Shown here piece after piece: positions 9,294 through 18,519 of a DNA stretch of 64,000 bases; the first letter of the stretch is position 1; the number at the start of each line of letters is the position of its first letter. Position numbers and translations under genes: made by a program. Below the pieces are notes generated by a model. The model saw nothing but the letters and a program-made list of their open reading frames with translations. It had not been told where the DNA came from and did not search any database. Source of the DNA: a virus (lineage: Duplodnaviria; Caudoviricetes); IMG/VR virus record IMGVR_UViG_3300031760_000003, positions 101,480-165,479 of that record; one strand, given 5' to 3'.

Positions 9294-10736
9294 ATGTCAA
9301 ACTTTAAAGAGAATGTAAATATGTTTACTGTATCAGATAGTTTAAAAGCACCAATGATACATGGACATACTACTATAGAATTTAAGAATGTTAAAAATGG
9401 TAAAAGAGAAAGAATTGAAAGTGATAATACTTTCATGGCTACTAACTTAACAAAAGCAAATAAAATGTGCGGAAGTATAGGTCGTTCTTTAGTAGACCAT
9501 AGAATTACTTGGGGTACTTTAGATCCTATTATCGCTTATTGCGGAGGTATTTTTCTTTTTAAAGACCCTGTTCCCGCAGGTTCTCAATTTATGAACTCCA
9601 CTAATGAAATGGTTGCTAATGGATGCCATAATATTACTAATACCGGTAATCCTCTTGAACTTGGTAGCTGGAATGGTACTGAATCAGATTTAACGCAAGC
9701 TCATTCCGCAAAACTTGTATGGGATTGGGATACTTCTCATGGCAATGGTCAAATTAGTTCAGTATGCCTTACATCAAGAAGTGGAGGATATATAGGTTAC
9801 GGCAATCCTAGTGGAACAGCTCCTTCAAGCTCCATACCCTATGGTTTTGGAACTGATTCTCAAGCTATTGGTGGGTTTTATATAAATACATCTTATAGAC
9901 CTGGAGATTCAGCACATATTGGATATAAAACTTATATAGGAGATTATATATATTGGACTGAATGGGCTTCTCCAAATTTAACAGTAAAAAGAAGAAGAAT
10001 TATAAATGAAACAGGTTCTATCTTTTCCAATAGATATACTGAAGATGTAGATGTATTAAACTTATCTGAATTATTACCATCAATAAGCACTCCTAATACT
10101 ATACGTGTTGGCAATAGTGATGATAAAATGATATTAATATGTAATCAGCAGACTGTTGCGGCGGGAGGTAGCTTTTCTTATTTCTTATATAACTTTGAAA
10201 CAAAAGAAAAAACGGAAACTATTACAATAACAAATAATGGAACTAAATCATTTAGCACCGTGTATCACTTATTATATAGCATAGACGAAGAAGATAGAGA
10301 TAATGATCTCTTATTTTGTAGTTATGGACAAACTACGGCTCCAACGGTAACTGTAAATATTTTAAATGCTAAAACTGGGGCGCTAATTGATACAGTTGAT
10401 TCTACTAATGGTCCAACATGGAATATTAGTGTAACATATCCTTTCATAAAAGATTGTGCATTAATTCATAATGGTTTTGTTTTTAATGGTAAAAATAAAA
10501 CTTTATATCCGATAAATTGTGCTGATAGAGCTAGTGATACTCCACTTGATTTTTTTGAAAACGGAGCTTATTTTCTTAGTAGATATGGAGAAAATCCTGG
10601 AACTTTAGTTAGTGATTATGGACATAGCCATTTCCCGAATCCACTATTCCTTACTACTATAAACAATTTACAGTCATCTGTAACAAAAGATAACACGTTA
10701 ACAATGAAAGTAACATACACCTTAAATGAAGTTTAA
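9294..10736 (+). CDS. Tail fibre/baseplate-associated protein
   Basis: GHTTIEF..., WDWDTSHGNGQISSVCL and C-terminal TINNLQSSVTKDNTLTMKVTYTL resemble a common Firmicutes phage tail protein family. Confidence 0.65.
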   Translation: MSNFKENVNMFTVSDSLKAPMIHGHTTIEFKNVKNGKRERIESDNTFMATNLTKANKMCGSIGRSLVDHRITWGTLDPIIAYCGGIFLFKDPVPAGSQFMNSTNEMVANGCHNITNTGNPLELGSWNGTESDLTQAHSAKLVWDWDTSHGNGQISSVCLTSRSGGYIGYGNPSGTAPSSSIPYGFGTDSQAIGGFYINTSYRPGDSAHIGYKTYIGDYIYWTEWASPNLTVKRRRIINETGSIFSNRYTEDVDVLNLSELLPSISTPNTIRVGNSDDKMILICNQQTVAAGGSFSYFLYNFETKEKTETITITNNGTKSFSTVYHLLYSIDEEDRDNDLLFCSYGQTTAPTVTVNILNAKTGALIDTVDSTNGPTWNISVTYPFIKDCALIHNGFVFNGKNKTLYPINCADRASDTPLDFFENGAYFLSRYGENPGTLVSDYGHSHFPNPLFLTTINNLQSSVTKDNTLTMKVTYTLNEV

Positions 10737-10752
10737 AAAAGGAGGAAAAAAT

Positions 10753-10977
10753 ATGAATTATCCTGTATTACCCGATAAGGTTTATAACATCCTTAAATGG
10801 GTGTTAATTATTGTAATACCTGCAACAGAAGTGCTTTTAATTGCTTTAACAAAGGCATGGAATTGGAATATTCCTATTGATGCAATTACAATTACAATTA
10901 AAGCTATTCAGGTATTCTTAATTACTATTTTTGGTATTAGTACAATTACATACAATAAAAAGTTAAAGGAGAGCTAA
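10753..10977 (+). CDS. Holin (Dp-1-like family)
   Basis: LPDKVYNILKWVLIIVIPA, two hydrophobic helices and a basic C-terminus; directly before the endolysin. Start moved to the ATG after ggagg. Confidence 0.85.
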   Translation: MNYPVLPDKVYNILKWVLIIVIPATEVLLIALTKAWNWNIPIDAITITIKAIQVFLITIFGISTITYNKKLKES

Positions 10978-10978
10978 T

Positions 10979-11899
10979 ATGGCATACGCAATGACAAGTA
11001 AACAATACGTTGATACTCTTGTCCATATTGTAAGGGAATGTAAAACAGTTTATAAAAATAAATTCCCTTACAACTGCGGTTACTATGATGGTGCTACTGG
11101 TAAGTTTTCGTTTGACTGCTGGAATCTTGTTAAATCAGTTATTAACGGATGGAAAGATATAAGAGAAAACGGTTACTATGTAAAAGGTTTCCGTATTACA
11201 GGAGATATTAACGGACAGCAAATATTAAATAAATGTACTACAAAAGGAAAAGATTTTTCAAAGTTATCTATTCCTGGTACTTACCTTTACCTTCCTGGTC
11301 ATGCGGGAAGCTATGTTGGAGAAACTGTTATTAACGGTAAATATTATAACGTTATAGAGTGTACCGGTTCATGGACAAAGAATGTTTTATATTCATGGGT
11401 AGACGCGGACGGCACTAGAAGAAACTTTAAAGGTGGTCGTAAAAATGGTAAATGGACAGATTGGGGCTTAATGTGTTGGATTGACTATTCAGGTGCAACA
11501 CCTACTCCAACCCCTCAGCCTACACCATCGCCGCAACCAGCACCTACTCCTACTCCAAGTGGAAATGAAAGTGCAATAGTATTAGGTAAGTATTACTACA
11601 CAAGTCCTTTTGATAAAACAAAGGTTGATATGGGTTATGTCTTTAATGCCACATATTATGCTAATCATCAGCCAGATATTGCTAATATTAAGAAAGTATA
11701 TGGCACAAAAGATACAGATTTATTCAAACACTTTGTTGACTATGGTATGAAAGAAAGGCGTCAAGCTATAACTAACTTTAATGTGAATATCTATATGAAG
11801 AATTATCCTGAGTTAGTAAAGAATTATGGAAAGAATTATCCGGCTTACTACGAACACTATTGTAGGTTCGGATATAAAGAAGGTCGAAAGGGCATTTAA
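10979..11899 (+). CDS. Endolysin: NlpC/P60-CHAP-like catalytic domain, Pro/Thr linker, C-terminal YPxL...HY..G.KEGR repeats
   Basis: FDCWNLVK (Cys), GHAG (His), PTPTPQP linker; adjacent to the holin. Confidence 0.85.
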   Translation: MAYAMTSKQYVDTLVHIVRECKTVYKNKFPYNCGYYDGATGKFSFDCWNLVKSVINGWKDIRENGYYVKGFRITGDINGQQILNKCTTKGKDFSKLSIPGTYLYLPGHAGSYVGETVINGKYYNVIECTGSWTKNVLYSWVDADGTRRNFKGGRKNGKWTDWGLMCWIDYSGATPTPTPQPTPSPQPAPTPTPSGNESAIVLGKYYYTSPFDKTKVDMGYVFNATYYANHQPDIANIKKVYGTKDTDLFKHFVDYGMKERRQAITNFNVNIYMKNYPELVKNYGKNYPAYYEHYCRFGYKEGRKGI

Positions 11900-11940
11900 A
11901 AATGACCTCGGATATAATATTTAATGTCCCTCAAAATTAT

Positions 11941-11978
11941 AAGTTACCGCAGATTAATTTCTGCGGTAGCTTTATTTT
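11941..11978 (+). terminator. Rho-independent terminator
   Basis: aagttaccgcag-attaattt-ctgcggtagctt followed by a T-rich tail. Confidence 0.7.
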
Positions 11979-11990
11979 TATGATAGGGGG

Positions 11991-12455
11991 TTGATATATA
12001 TGGCTAATATTAGAGTGTGGCATACTGTTAATGATGTCGTAATAAGAGCGGCTTGGGATGGTACTTTCACATTAATAGATAATGCTAACTCTTTTGATGT
12101 TAGAAATACACTTCCGTTTGCTTCAGTTACGGATAATATGGACTTGGTAATTAAATTACCACTTCTTATAAATTGTACAGATACTTCTGACGACTTTGTA
12201 TTACCAGATCAAACTGTTCCTTATGTTAGTGATGTTACAGATGAAGTTACTGTCGTTACTAAAGAACCTCTGTTATTTAACTTCATTGAAGATGGTATTA
12301 CTTTCGATGTAACAAATGCGTTACCATTCGATGCAGTTCAAGAAACACTTGGATTCTTGATACCTCAAGAGGTTACTGATAGAGTTTTAGAGGGTTCTGA
12401 TGAAATTAGAGCAACAGAAGAAGGCGATACAAGACAAACTGAAATAGAATTATAA
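11991..12455 (+). CDS. Hypothetical virion protein (ATG start probably 12000)
   Basis: Acidic, with internal repeat FDV.N.LPF..V; tail context. Confidence 0.5.
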   Translation: MIYMANIRVWHTVNDVVIRAAWDGTFTLIDNANSFDVRNTLPFASVTDNMDLVIKLPLLINCTDTSDDFVLPDQTVPYVSDVTDEVTVVTKEPLLFNFIEDGITFDVTNALPFDAVQETLGFLIPQEVTDRVLEGSDEIRATEEGDTRQTEIEL

Positions 12456-12466
12456 AGGAGTGAATA

Positions 12467-13087
12467 ATGGCAACAAAAGCAATAAGCGAATTAACTTCCG
12501 CACCGGCGGTCTCTACTACAGATTTGTTTGAGACATCTTGTGAGAATCAATCTTCATCATCAGGATATTCAAGTCATAAACAATCACTTGGAGACATATC
12601 TGATGCTATTGGTGAAGAATTTACTCACAATTCACTCAATACTACTAGTAAAAATTTAGTTGGTGCGATTAATGAAGTCGCAAATGATAAAAACCTTTCT
12701 GATACATATGATCCAACGGCTACTTACGCCGTTGGTGATTATTGTATCTACAATACAACTTTATATAAATGTGTAACTGCGGTTGAAACCGCAGAAAATT
12801 TTGATAGTAATAAGTGGGAAAGATGCTTAATTACTAACGAGATGGGCGGCAAGGGGTCTTCCGCCATAGAACTTGCGGGAAGGCTTACCGCAGGACAAAC
12901 TTCTATAACATTAACAAATTCCGCAATAAGTGATTTAGATAACTGTTTAGTTGATTTATATACCTCTGCTTACGGAGTTAATCCTAAAACAGTTACAAGT
13001 GAAACAAATTCAATTGTTATGACTTTTGATGCTCTATCTGAAGATTTATATGTTGCGGTAAGAATCACAGAATTTAATCCGGAATAA
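12467..13087 (+). CDS. Tail fibre-associated protein with CBM5/12-like module and C-terminal adaptor-like domain
   Basis: LNTTSKNLVGAINEV fibre motif; YDPTATYAVGDYCIYNTTLYKC carbohydrate-binding-like motif. Confidence 0.6.
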   Translation: MATKAISELTSAPAVSTTDLFETSCENQSSSSGYSSHKQSLGDISDAIGEEFTHNSLNTTSKNLVGAINEVANDKNLSDTYDPTATYAVGDYCIYNTTLYKCVTAVETAENFDSNKWERCLITNEMGGKGSSAIELAGRLTAGQTSITLTNSAISDLDNCLVDLYTSAYGVNPKTVTSETNSIVMTFDALSEDLYVAVRITEFNPE

Positions 13088-13101
13088 AAGGAGGAAAAAG
13101 G

Positions 13102-13686
13102 ATGTTATTTTTTAGAGTTACTCCAACCGGAGGGAATGGAGACGGCGACAATTACCTGGACATCACAGGTACTCTTGCCGCAGGAGAAACAGAAATAACT
13201 TTAACAGATTCACATATAGAAACTGATGGAATTTATGATTTTTATACAAGTAAATATGGTGTAGTACCCACAGACGTAGAAATTGCGGCGGGTAGTGTTA
13301 CACTTACTTTTGATGCTCAATCTGAAAATATTACCGTTATGGTAAGAAAATGGGGAGAGAGTGGCGGTGGAGATTCATCCTCTTGGGACTATTCAACTAC
13401 TGAAACCGATACGGGTCAGAAGTGGATTGATGGTAAAACGATATATTGCAAGGTGTTAGACTTCTCCGATAGTCCCGTAGCTTTACCCTCAAATAACCAA
13501 CGAGACTTTCCTAATGCTATGGAAACAAATGAAAGAATTGTCGACGGGCATGTTATATATGGCTCAGATATTTTTAAAGGAATGTGTCCCGCATTTATGA
13601 CAACTGATAATCAAGGTACACTTGGTGTCAACTCATTTCATGCCGTAAATGCTTATCAGATAATTGTAAAATATATAAAATTATAA
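13102..13686 (+). CDS. Tail fibre-associated protein
   Basis: N-terminal domain paralogous to the C-terminus of 12467; YSTTETDTGQKWIDGKTIY motif common in fibre proteins. Confidence 0.6.
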   Translation: MLFFRVTPTGGNGDGDNYLDITGTLAAGETEITLTDSHIETDGIYDFYTSKYGVVPTDVEIAAGSVTLTFDAQSENITVMVRKWGESGGGDSSSWDYSTTETDTGQKWIDGKTIYCKVLDFSDSPVALPSNNQRDFPNAMETNERIVDGHVIYGSDIFKGMCPAFMTTDNQGTLGVNSFHAVNAYQIIVKYIKL

Positions 13687-13704
13687 ACAGGAGGATGATA
13701 GAAA

Positions 13705-16700
13705 ATGGCTTTATTTAGATGTTTAAATCCTGCAACTTTATCCTCTGTTGATGGAGCTAAGGTTTTAACGGGTGAACTTGAACCTACTTCTACTATTGGT
13801 ACTAATGGTGATATTTATTTACAAACAGGTAATGAAGGAGCTTTATTACACTTTGATGAAGACTTTACCGATGAGGGTGAACATATCTGGACTGTTGCTG
13901 CAGGTACTGGAGAAGTATCAGATGAACAGAGTAAATTTGGCGGCAAGAGCTTAAAACTTACCGCAGGTATTCTTCAGTCTGAAGATGATGATGAAGTATT
14001 TATACCTGGTAAAGAAGATTTTACTATATCTTTATGGGTATATCCAACAGTAACATCAAGAATTGCCTTATTCGCTACACAAGGTACTGGTATTGCAATG
14101 GACCTTCATTATAATGGTGATGCTAACTTATGGGCATCTTCTACCGGTTCTGGTTGGAATGTAATTCAATCTGATAGTGCTAGTGCTGCTAATGCTGGTA
14201 ATGGTACTATTACAGTAAATACAAATGAATGGACTCATATTGCTTATGTTAGAAAAGGCGGAAAGTGTATGAGTTTCGTTAATGGTGTTCTTAGTAAAGA
14301 AGTATCTATTTCAAAAACAGCTGATTTAAAAGGTAGCGGACAATTTAATCTTGGTGGATGGGATAATCTTAGTCAGTATCGGTATACAGGTTATATTGAT
14401 GACTTTATGTATCTTAAGGGTGCTGCTTTATGGGAAGATGCTTTTACACCACCAACAGAACCAATGACATTACCTGTTATTTGCAAAAAGGTCTTCCGCA
14501 AAATAGATAATGTATGGGTAGAGGTAGAAGGAACTGGCATAGATGAATTAGGTTCTTTTGAAAACCCCTATGCCGCAAATCTTAAAGTTTTAAATGGTAC
14601 TGCTACGCCTTCTAACGATTTAGGTAATGATGGTGATATTTATCTTCAAAGTAGTAGGACTGGTATTAAAAATACTTATGGACAGGGTATTAATACTGGT
14701 TATCATGGTAATAATAATAGTGAATATCATATTGAATTTATGATAACTTCAGCTCAAACTGTCAGTGACTATCCTACCCCTTTTGGAGCTAGAGATAATA
14801 CAGCAGCTGTAAGTAATACTTCTTATGTCTGCTTCGTGAATAATGGTGGTGGTAATACATCACTAGTTGCATGGGGAAATCAGCAAGATAATGCTTATGC
14901 TTTTGGTGCAAATCAATTAATTAATAAACCTGTTACAATAGATTTAAAAGCTGGTTATTGCAATATTAATTATGATAATAATGATAATGTATATACTTTT
15001 ACTCACGATACTATTACTGATACAACTTCAATTGGTATTTTTAGTGTATATATAAATGATGTTTATCAAAGTTGGGCTGGGATGAATAATATGATTTTAT
15101 ATAAATTTGAAATAAAAGAAAATAATCAAGTTATTCATAGATATATACCAGCTAAAGATGCTAACGATGTTGTCTGTGTTTATGATGAAATTGATAAAGA
15201 GTATAAATATGTTAATACCGGAACATTAACATGGATTGAACCTGGAATTATTCAACAAACTTATCAAAAGGTAAATGGAGCATGGCAATCACTTATTGAT
15301 TCTCCTATTAACGAGAAAACAATAGTAGAACCTATGAGTGTGTATAGCGGCAATGATGCTCCCACAAGTATACTCGGTAAAAATAATGATTTATACTTAC
15401 GAAATTTAACTACACCTATAACTTTTGATGATTGGACAAGTCAGAATGAAGCAGGAATGACTGTTACTACAACAGCCAATGATATACAAATAATTTATGA
15501 TTCAGGTGCTTATATTGGTGCTTATGCTTGTAAGAAAATTGATTTTACCAATATAAAAAGTATAACCTTTAAATTAAAATCTGGTTCTCATAGCTATAAT
15601 AATTATGGTACTAAAAGATTTTGTCCATTCTTATATCTTTCTGATACAGCTAGATATGCTGTTGATACAGATGCCGATACTCCTTTAGGATTGGCGTCAA
15701 GGATAACAGCAGATAATACTGAGATAACTGATACGTTTGATACAAGTGATATCTATGGAGAGAAATATTTAATATTTAATAGTAGTGGTTGTACATCGAC
15801 ATTAGAATCGATTACATTTACTTATTTCCTCATGCCGCAAATAAAAATAAACGGTAGTTGGCAAGATTTAGCTACTACAAATATAGAAGATATCTTCTTT
15901 GCAAAGCCCATCCCCGCAGGTATATATGGCTATACGCAACTTAGTTATATCAAGAGTGACGGTAGTTCTTATATTAATTCTAATTTAAAATTTACTACTG
16001 ATACTGAATTTGAGATTGGTGGTAGATGGAATGATATTTCATCAACAGCACAAGTTTTCTTTGGTATTTGGATAAGCGGTGGTGAATCTTTATACGGAGC
16101 TTTACAAGGAAAACATTGGGCGCAAATAGGCGGTACAGGAACATCTAATGCAGTAGCATTAGACTCTTCATATCATGTCTTTTCAGCTAATGCAAATGGC
16201 ATTTATATTGATGAAAATTCAGTTGGTACACCTACTTGGAGTAATGTTCCAACAGGATATGATATTCCTATTTTAGCAAGACAAGATGGCGGCAGTGGAA
16301 TAAATTGTCAGGCAACAAATTTTGAGTTTGGCTATTGTAAGATATGGCAAGGCGGAAACCTTATAAGAGATTTCGTTCCATGTAAACGTAATTATGATAA
16401 TGCTATTGGTCTTTATGATAAAGTTAATGATAAATTTTATCAGAATAATGGCACTGGTGAAATTATAGCTGGTCCAGTTGTTACAGGAGGAGTAATAACT
16501 TATAAAAATTATATTCACTTCACAGATGGCATAGGTTTTACATTACCTTTCACAATTAATGCAGATTATAAAATAACAGTAGTATTTAATGATACAGTTT
16601 ATAAGTTAGGTAATGCCATTATTGAAAATACCGCAACTTCTACATATTTAAGATTTGGTGGTTACCAAACTAGTGCTAATAATGGTTATTATTCATCAAG

Positions 16701-17052
16701 AGGAAGCCAAATAGATTTTTGGGGTACTTGGAGTAATGGAACTCATACTTTTATATGTAATAATGGAAATAACCGTAATGTATTTGATGGCGTTGAAGTA
16801 GCAGCCTATACTCCTACGACAATAGCAAATGCCAGTATACATCTTGGTGGCGGAGATGTTCACGGCGAAGCACAACGGACTAGTCCTGGTACATATATCT
16901 CAAGATTTAAAATCGAAAGTCTTTCAACAGGAGATGTTATATGTGATTTAAGACCAGCAATACAAGGTCAATCTACACATTGCATGTATGATATTGTAAA
17001 TGATATCGCTTATACTTCAAGTGGTTTAGAGGCAGTAGATGACGTAGTTTAA
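13705..17052 (+). CDS. Multi-module receptor-binding protein with LamG/concanavalin-like domains
   Basis: SKFGGKSL...DFTISLWVY...WTHIAYVR...YTGYIDDF (LamG-like); three G..P....G..GD.YL connector repeats; repeated PCKR...GLYDKV-type modules. Confidence 0.75.
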   Translation: MALFRCLNPATLSSVDGAKVLTGELEPTSTIGTNGDIYLQTGNEGALLHFDEDFTDEGEHIWTVAAGTGEVSDEQSKFGGKSLKLTAGILQSEDDDEVFIPGKEDFTISLWVYPTVTSRIALFATQGTGIAMDLHYNGDANLWASSTGSGWNVIQSDSASAANAGNGTITVNTNEWTHIAYVRKGGKCMSFVNGVLSKEVSISKTADLKGSGQFNLGGWDNLSQYRYTGYIDDFMYLKGAALWEDAFTPPTEPMTLPVICKKVFRKIDNVWVEVEGTGIDELGSFENPYAANLKVLNGTATPSNDLGNDGDIYLQSSRTGIKNTYGQGINTGYHGNNNSEYHIEFMITSAQTVSDYPTPFGARDNTAAVSNTSYVCFVNNGGGNTSLVAWGNQQDNAYAFGANQLINKPVTIDLKAGYCNINYDNNDNVYTFTHDTITDTTSIGIFSVYINDVYQSWAGMNNMILYKFEIKENNQVIHRYIPAKDANDVVCVYDEIDKEYKYVNTGTLTWIEPGIIQQTYQKVNGAWQSLIDSPINEKTIVEPMSVYSGNDAPTSILGKNNDLYLRNLTTPITFDDWTSQNEAGMTVTTTANDIQIIYDSGAYIGAYACKKIDFTNIKSITFKLKSGSHSYNNYGTKRFCPFLYLSDTARYAVDTDADTPLGLASRITADNTEITDTFDTSDIYGEKYLIFNSSGCTSTLESITFTYFLMPQIKINGSWQDLATTNIEDIFFAKPIPAGIYGYTQLSYIKSDGSSYINSNLKFTTDTEFEIGGRWNDISSTAQVFFGIWISGGESLYGALQGKHWAQIGGTGTSNAVALDSSYHVFSANANGIYIDENSVGTPTWSNVPTGYDIPILARQDGGSGINCQATNFEFGYCKIWQGGNLIRDFVPCKRNYDNAIGLYDKVNDKFYQNNGTGEIIAGPVVTGGVITYKNYIHFTDGIGFTLPFTINADYKITVVFNDTVYKLGNAIIENTATSTYLRFGGYQTSANNGYYSSRGSQIDFWGTWSNGTHTFICNNGNNRNVFDGVEVAAYTPTTIANASIHLGGGDVHGEAQRTSPGTYISRFKIESLSTGDVICDLRPAIQGQSTHCMYDIVNDIAYTSSGLEAVDDVV

Positions 17053-17060
17053 GTTAAAAA

Positions 17061-17112
17061 ATGCGGCGGCGTTAGACCTTTAAATAGGTTTGGTGCTGTC
17101 GCATTATTTTTT
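17061..17112 (+). terminator. Terminator hairpin ending the tail operon
   Basis: atgcggcggc...gctgtcgcat followed by a T tract. Confidence 0.6.
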
Positions 17113-17139
17113 GATTTTTTATAAAAATTTTGTTATAAT
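17111..17139 (+). promoter_or_regulatory. SigmaA-type early promoter (one of ~20 similar copies)
   Basis: TTGATT-17-TATAAT with extended TG. Confidence 0.75.
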
Positions 17140-17168
17140 AATATTATAAAAATAAAGGAGATTTAAAA

Positions 17169-17312
17169 ATGGATAATTTAATGTTAGCAACTTTAATTCT
17201 TGATATTATTATGTTTAATGCTATTGATAAAAAAGAAAAATGGGGTAAAATTGCAAGTATAACTCTTTCTATTGCTATTATATGTGCCGGAATTAGTTTA
17301 TATCTATCCTAA
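17169..17312 (+). CDS. Small membrane protein (47 aa; not in ORF track)
   Basis: RBS aaggag; two hydrophobic stretches. Confidence 0.6.
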   Translation: MDNLMLATLILDIIMFNAIDKKEKWGKIASITLSIAIICAGISLYLS

Positions 17313-17323
17313 ATAAAATTTTA

Positions 17324-17352
17324 TTGACAAATTAAAAAAATTTTGTTATAAT
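17324..17352 (+). promoter_or_regulatory. Consensus sigmaA promoter driving the tRNA/ncRNA cluster
   Basis: TTGACA-17-TATAAT. Confidence 0.85.
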
Positions 17353-17373
17353 TATTATAGAAAGGATAAAAAA

Positions 17374-17571
17374 ATGATTAAGTTACACGATAATGACAGA
17401 CCCATTTGGGTTTCAGTTAATAACATAATTTCTTTATCTCCTATGGATGACCGTCCGGATGCTCCTACTGAGATAACACTTCCTTATGGAATGCGTTTTC
17501 TGGCAAGAGAGAATATTGAAGAAATTTTCAAAATGATGGCGGAAGATGCGGCAGCCGGTATAGATTCATAA
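17374..17571 (+). CDS. Small hypothetical protein (FlbD-like pattern)
   Basis: MIKLH...PIWVSVNNIISL...TEITL...RENIEEI; RBS aaagga. Confidence 0.55.
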   Translation: MIKLHDNDRPIWVSVNNIISLSPMDDRPDAPTEITLPYGMRFLARENIEEIFKMMAEDAAAGIDS

Positions 17572-17589
17572 CTATCGTTAAAAACGATT

Positions 17590-17663
17590 CGGGATGTAGC
17601 GTAGTTTGGTAACGCGCTTGGTTTGGGTCCAAGAGATCGTGGGTTCGAATCCCACCATTCCGT
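17590..17663 (+). tRNA. tRNA-Pro(TGG), no encoded CCA
   Basis: Cloverleaf; anticodon arm cttgg-tttgggt-ccaag; T arm gtggg-ttcgaat-cccac. Confidence 0.92.
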
Positions 17664-17700
17664 TTTCTATATGAAAAAGATGGTTACTTTAGTAATGTAG

Positions 17701-17802
17701 ATACTATTATATAGTGTAATGGTGGCACACTGGCTCCAGAGCCCATCTAATCAATGGGAAATCAGAGCCGGAGGATAAGGTTCGATTCCTTATTGATGGT
17801 AT
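17701..17802 (+). ncRNA. tRNA-like RNA with enlarged anticodon arm (possibly tRNA-Trp-derived)
   Basis: D arm gtgt-aatggtg-gcac; T arm ataagg-ttcgatt-ccttat; 9-bp acceptor; ctggctc/gagccgg stem enclosing an extra cccat/atggg hairpin. Confidence 0.7.
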
Positions 17803-17812
17803 TAAAAAAATA

Positions 17813-18298
17813 ATACAAAGTGCTGTGAATATAGGCGGAGTAAAAGATATAAGTAATCTCTATCAAATTAATAGAGACCCAAAATCTTCGTTAGGGATTA
17901 AACATGAGAGCTGCTCCTATGGCTGAAGGCTCTTACTTTGTATCTTATTTGTCGAGGAGTGATTACCCTGCTAAAGATGAAATGATATACTCTTTAGCCG
18001 TGCTAATACGTATTAGACGATAGATAAGGGTTATGTATCCTACCTGTACCATAAACAGGGGAACGTATGATAGTGGATACTTTAGCATTTACACTTTTAG
18101 TAGGAAAAATAAGAAATAGTGTTCGGTACTCATACTAATTCCGCATACTATGGAATATTTTTATAAAATCTTAAATTTACAAAGGTTTAGAAAATTGAGG
18201 AGATTTACAATTAGGATGTGGTGTGGCTACGCAAACCACTTTAATAATGTTTCGGCGTAGAGTAGATAAGTATAAATACTTATAAGTTTAAGATTTTA
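17813..18298 (+). ncRNA. Tandem structured non-coding RNA units between tRNAs
   Basis: Three self-closing domains (17813-17943, 17943-18114, 18164-18298) plus a hairpin at 18116-18150; no credible ORF. Confidence 0.6.
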
Positions 18299-18304
18299 AT
18301 TTTT

Positions 18305-18377
18305 GTCCGTGTGGTGTAACGGTTTAGCATAACTGCCCTCCAAGCAGTTGATACGAGTTCGATTCTCGTTACGGGCT
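18305..18377 (+). tRNA. tRNA-Gly(TCC), C33 variant, no CCA
   Basis: actgc-cctccaa-gcagt; acgag-ttcgatt-ctcgt; acceptor gtccgtg/tacgggc. Confidence 0.8.
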
Positions 18378-18378
18378 C

Positions 18379-18449
18379 TGAGTATTCTTTCAATGGTAGG
18401 AAATTTGCCTGATACGCAAGTAACGGTGGTTCGATTCCATCATACTCAA
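18379..18449 (+). tRNA. tRNA-Ile(GAT), no CCA
   Basis: Acceptor tgagtat/atactca; tttgc-ctgatac-gcaag; ggtgg-ttcgatt-ccatc. Confidence 0.8.
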
Positions 18450-18467
18450 TAATAACAAAAAATTTTC

Positions 18468-18496
18468 TTGACAATTTAAAAAATTTTTGTTATAAT
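18468..18496 (+). promoter_or_regulatory. Consensus sigmaA promoter
   Basis: TTGACA-17-TATAAT. Confidence 0.85.
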
Positions 18497-18519
18497 ATAA
18501 GTATAGATAAGAAAAATAA

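Noticed and set aside
11495-11560. Tandem DNA repeat in the endolysin
   Set aside because: It is an ordinary Pro/Thr linker
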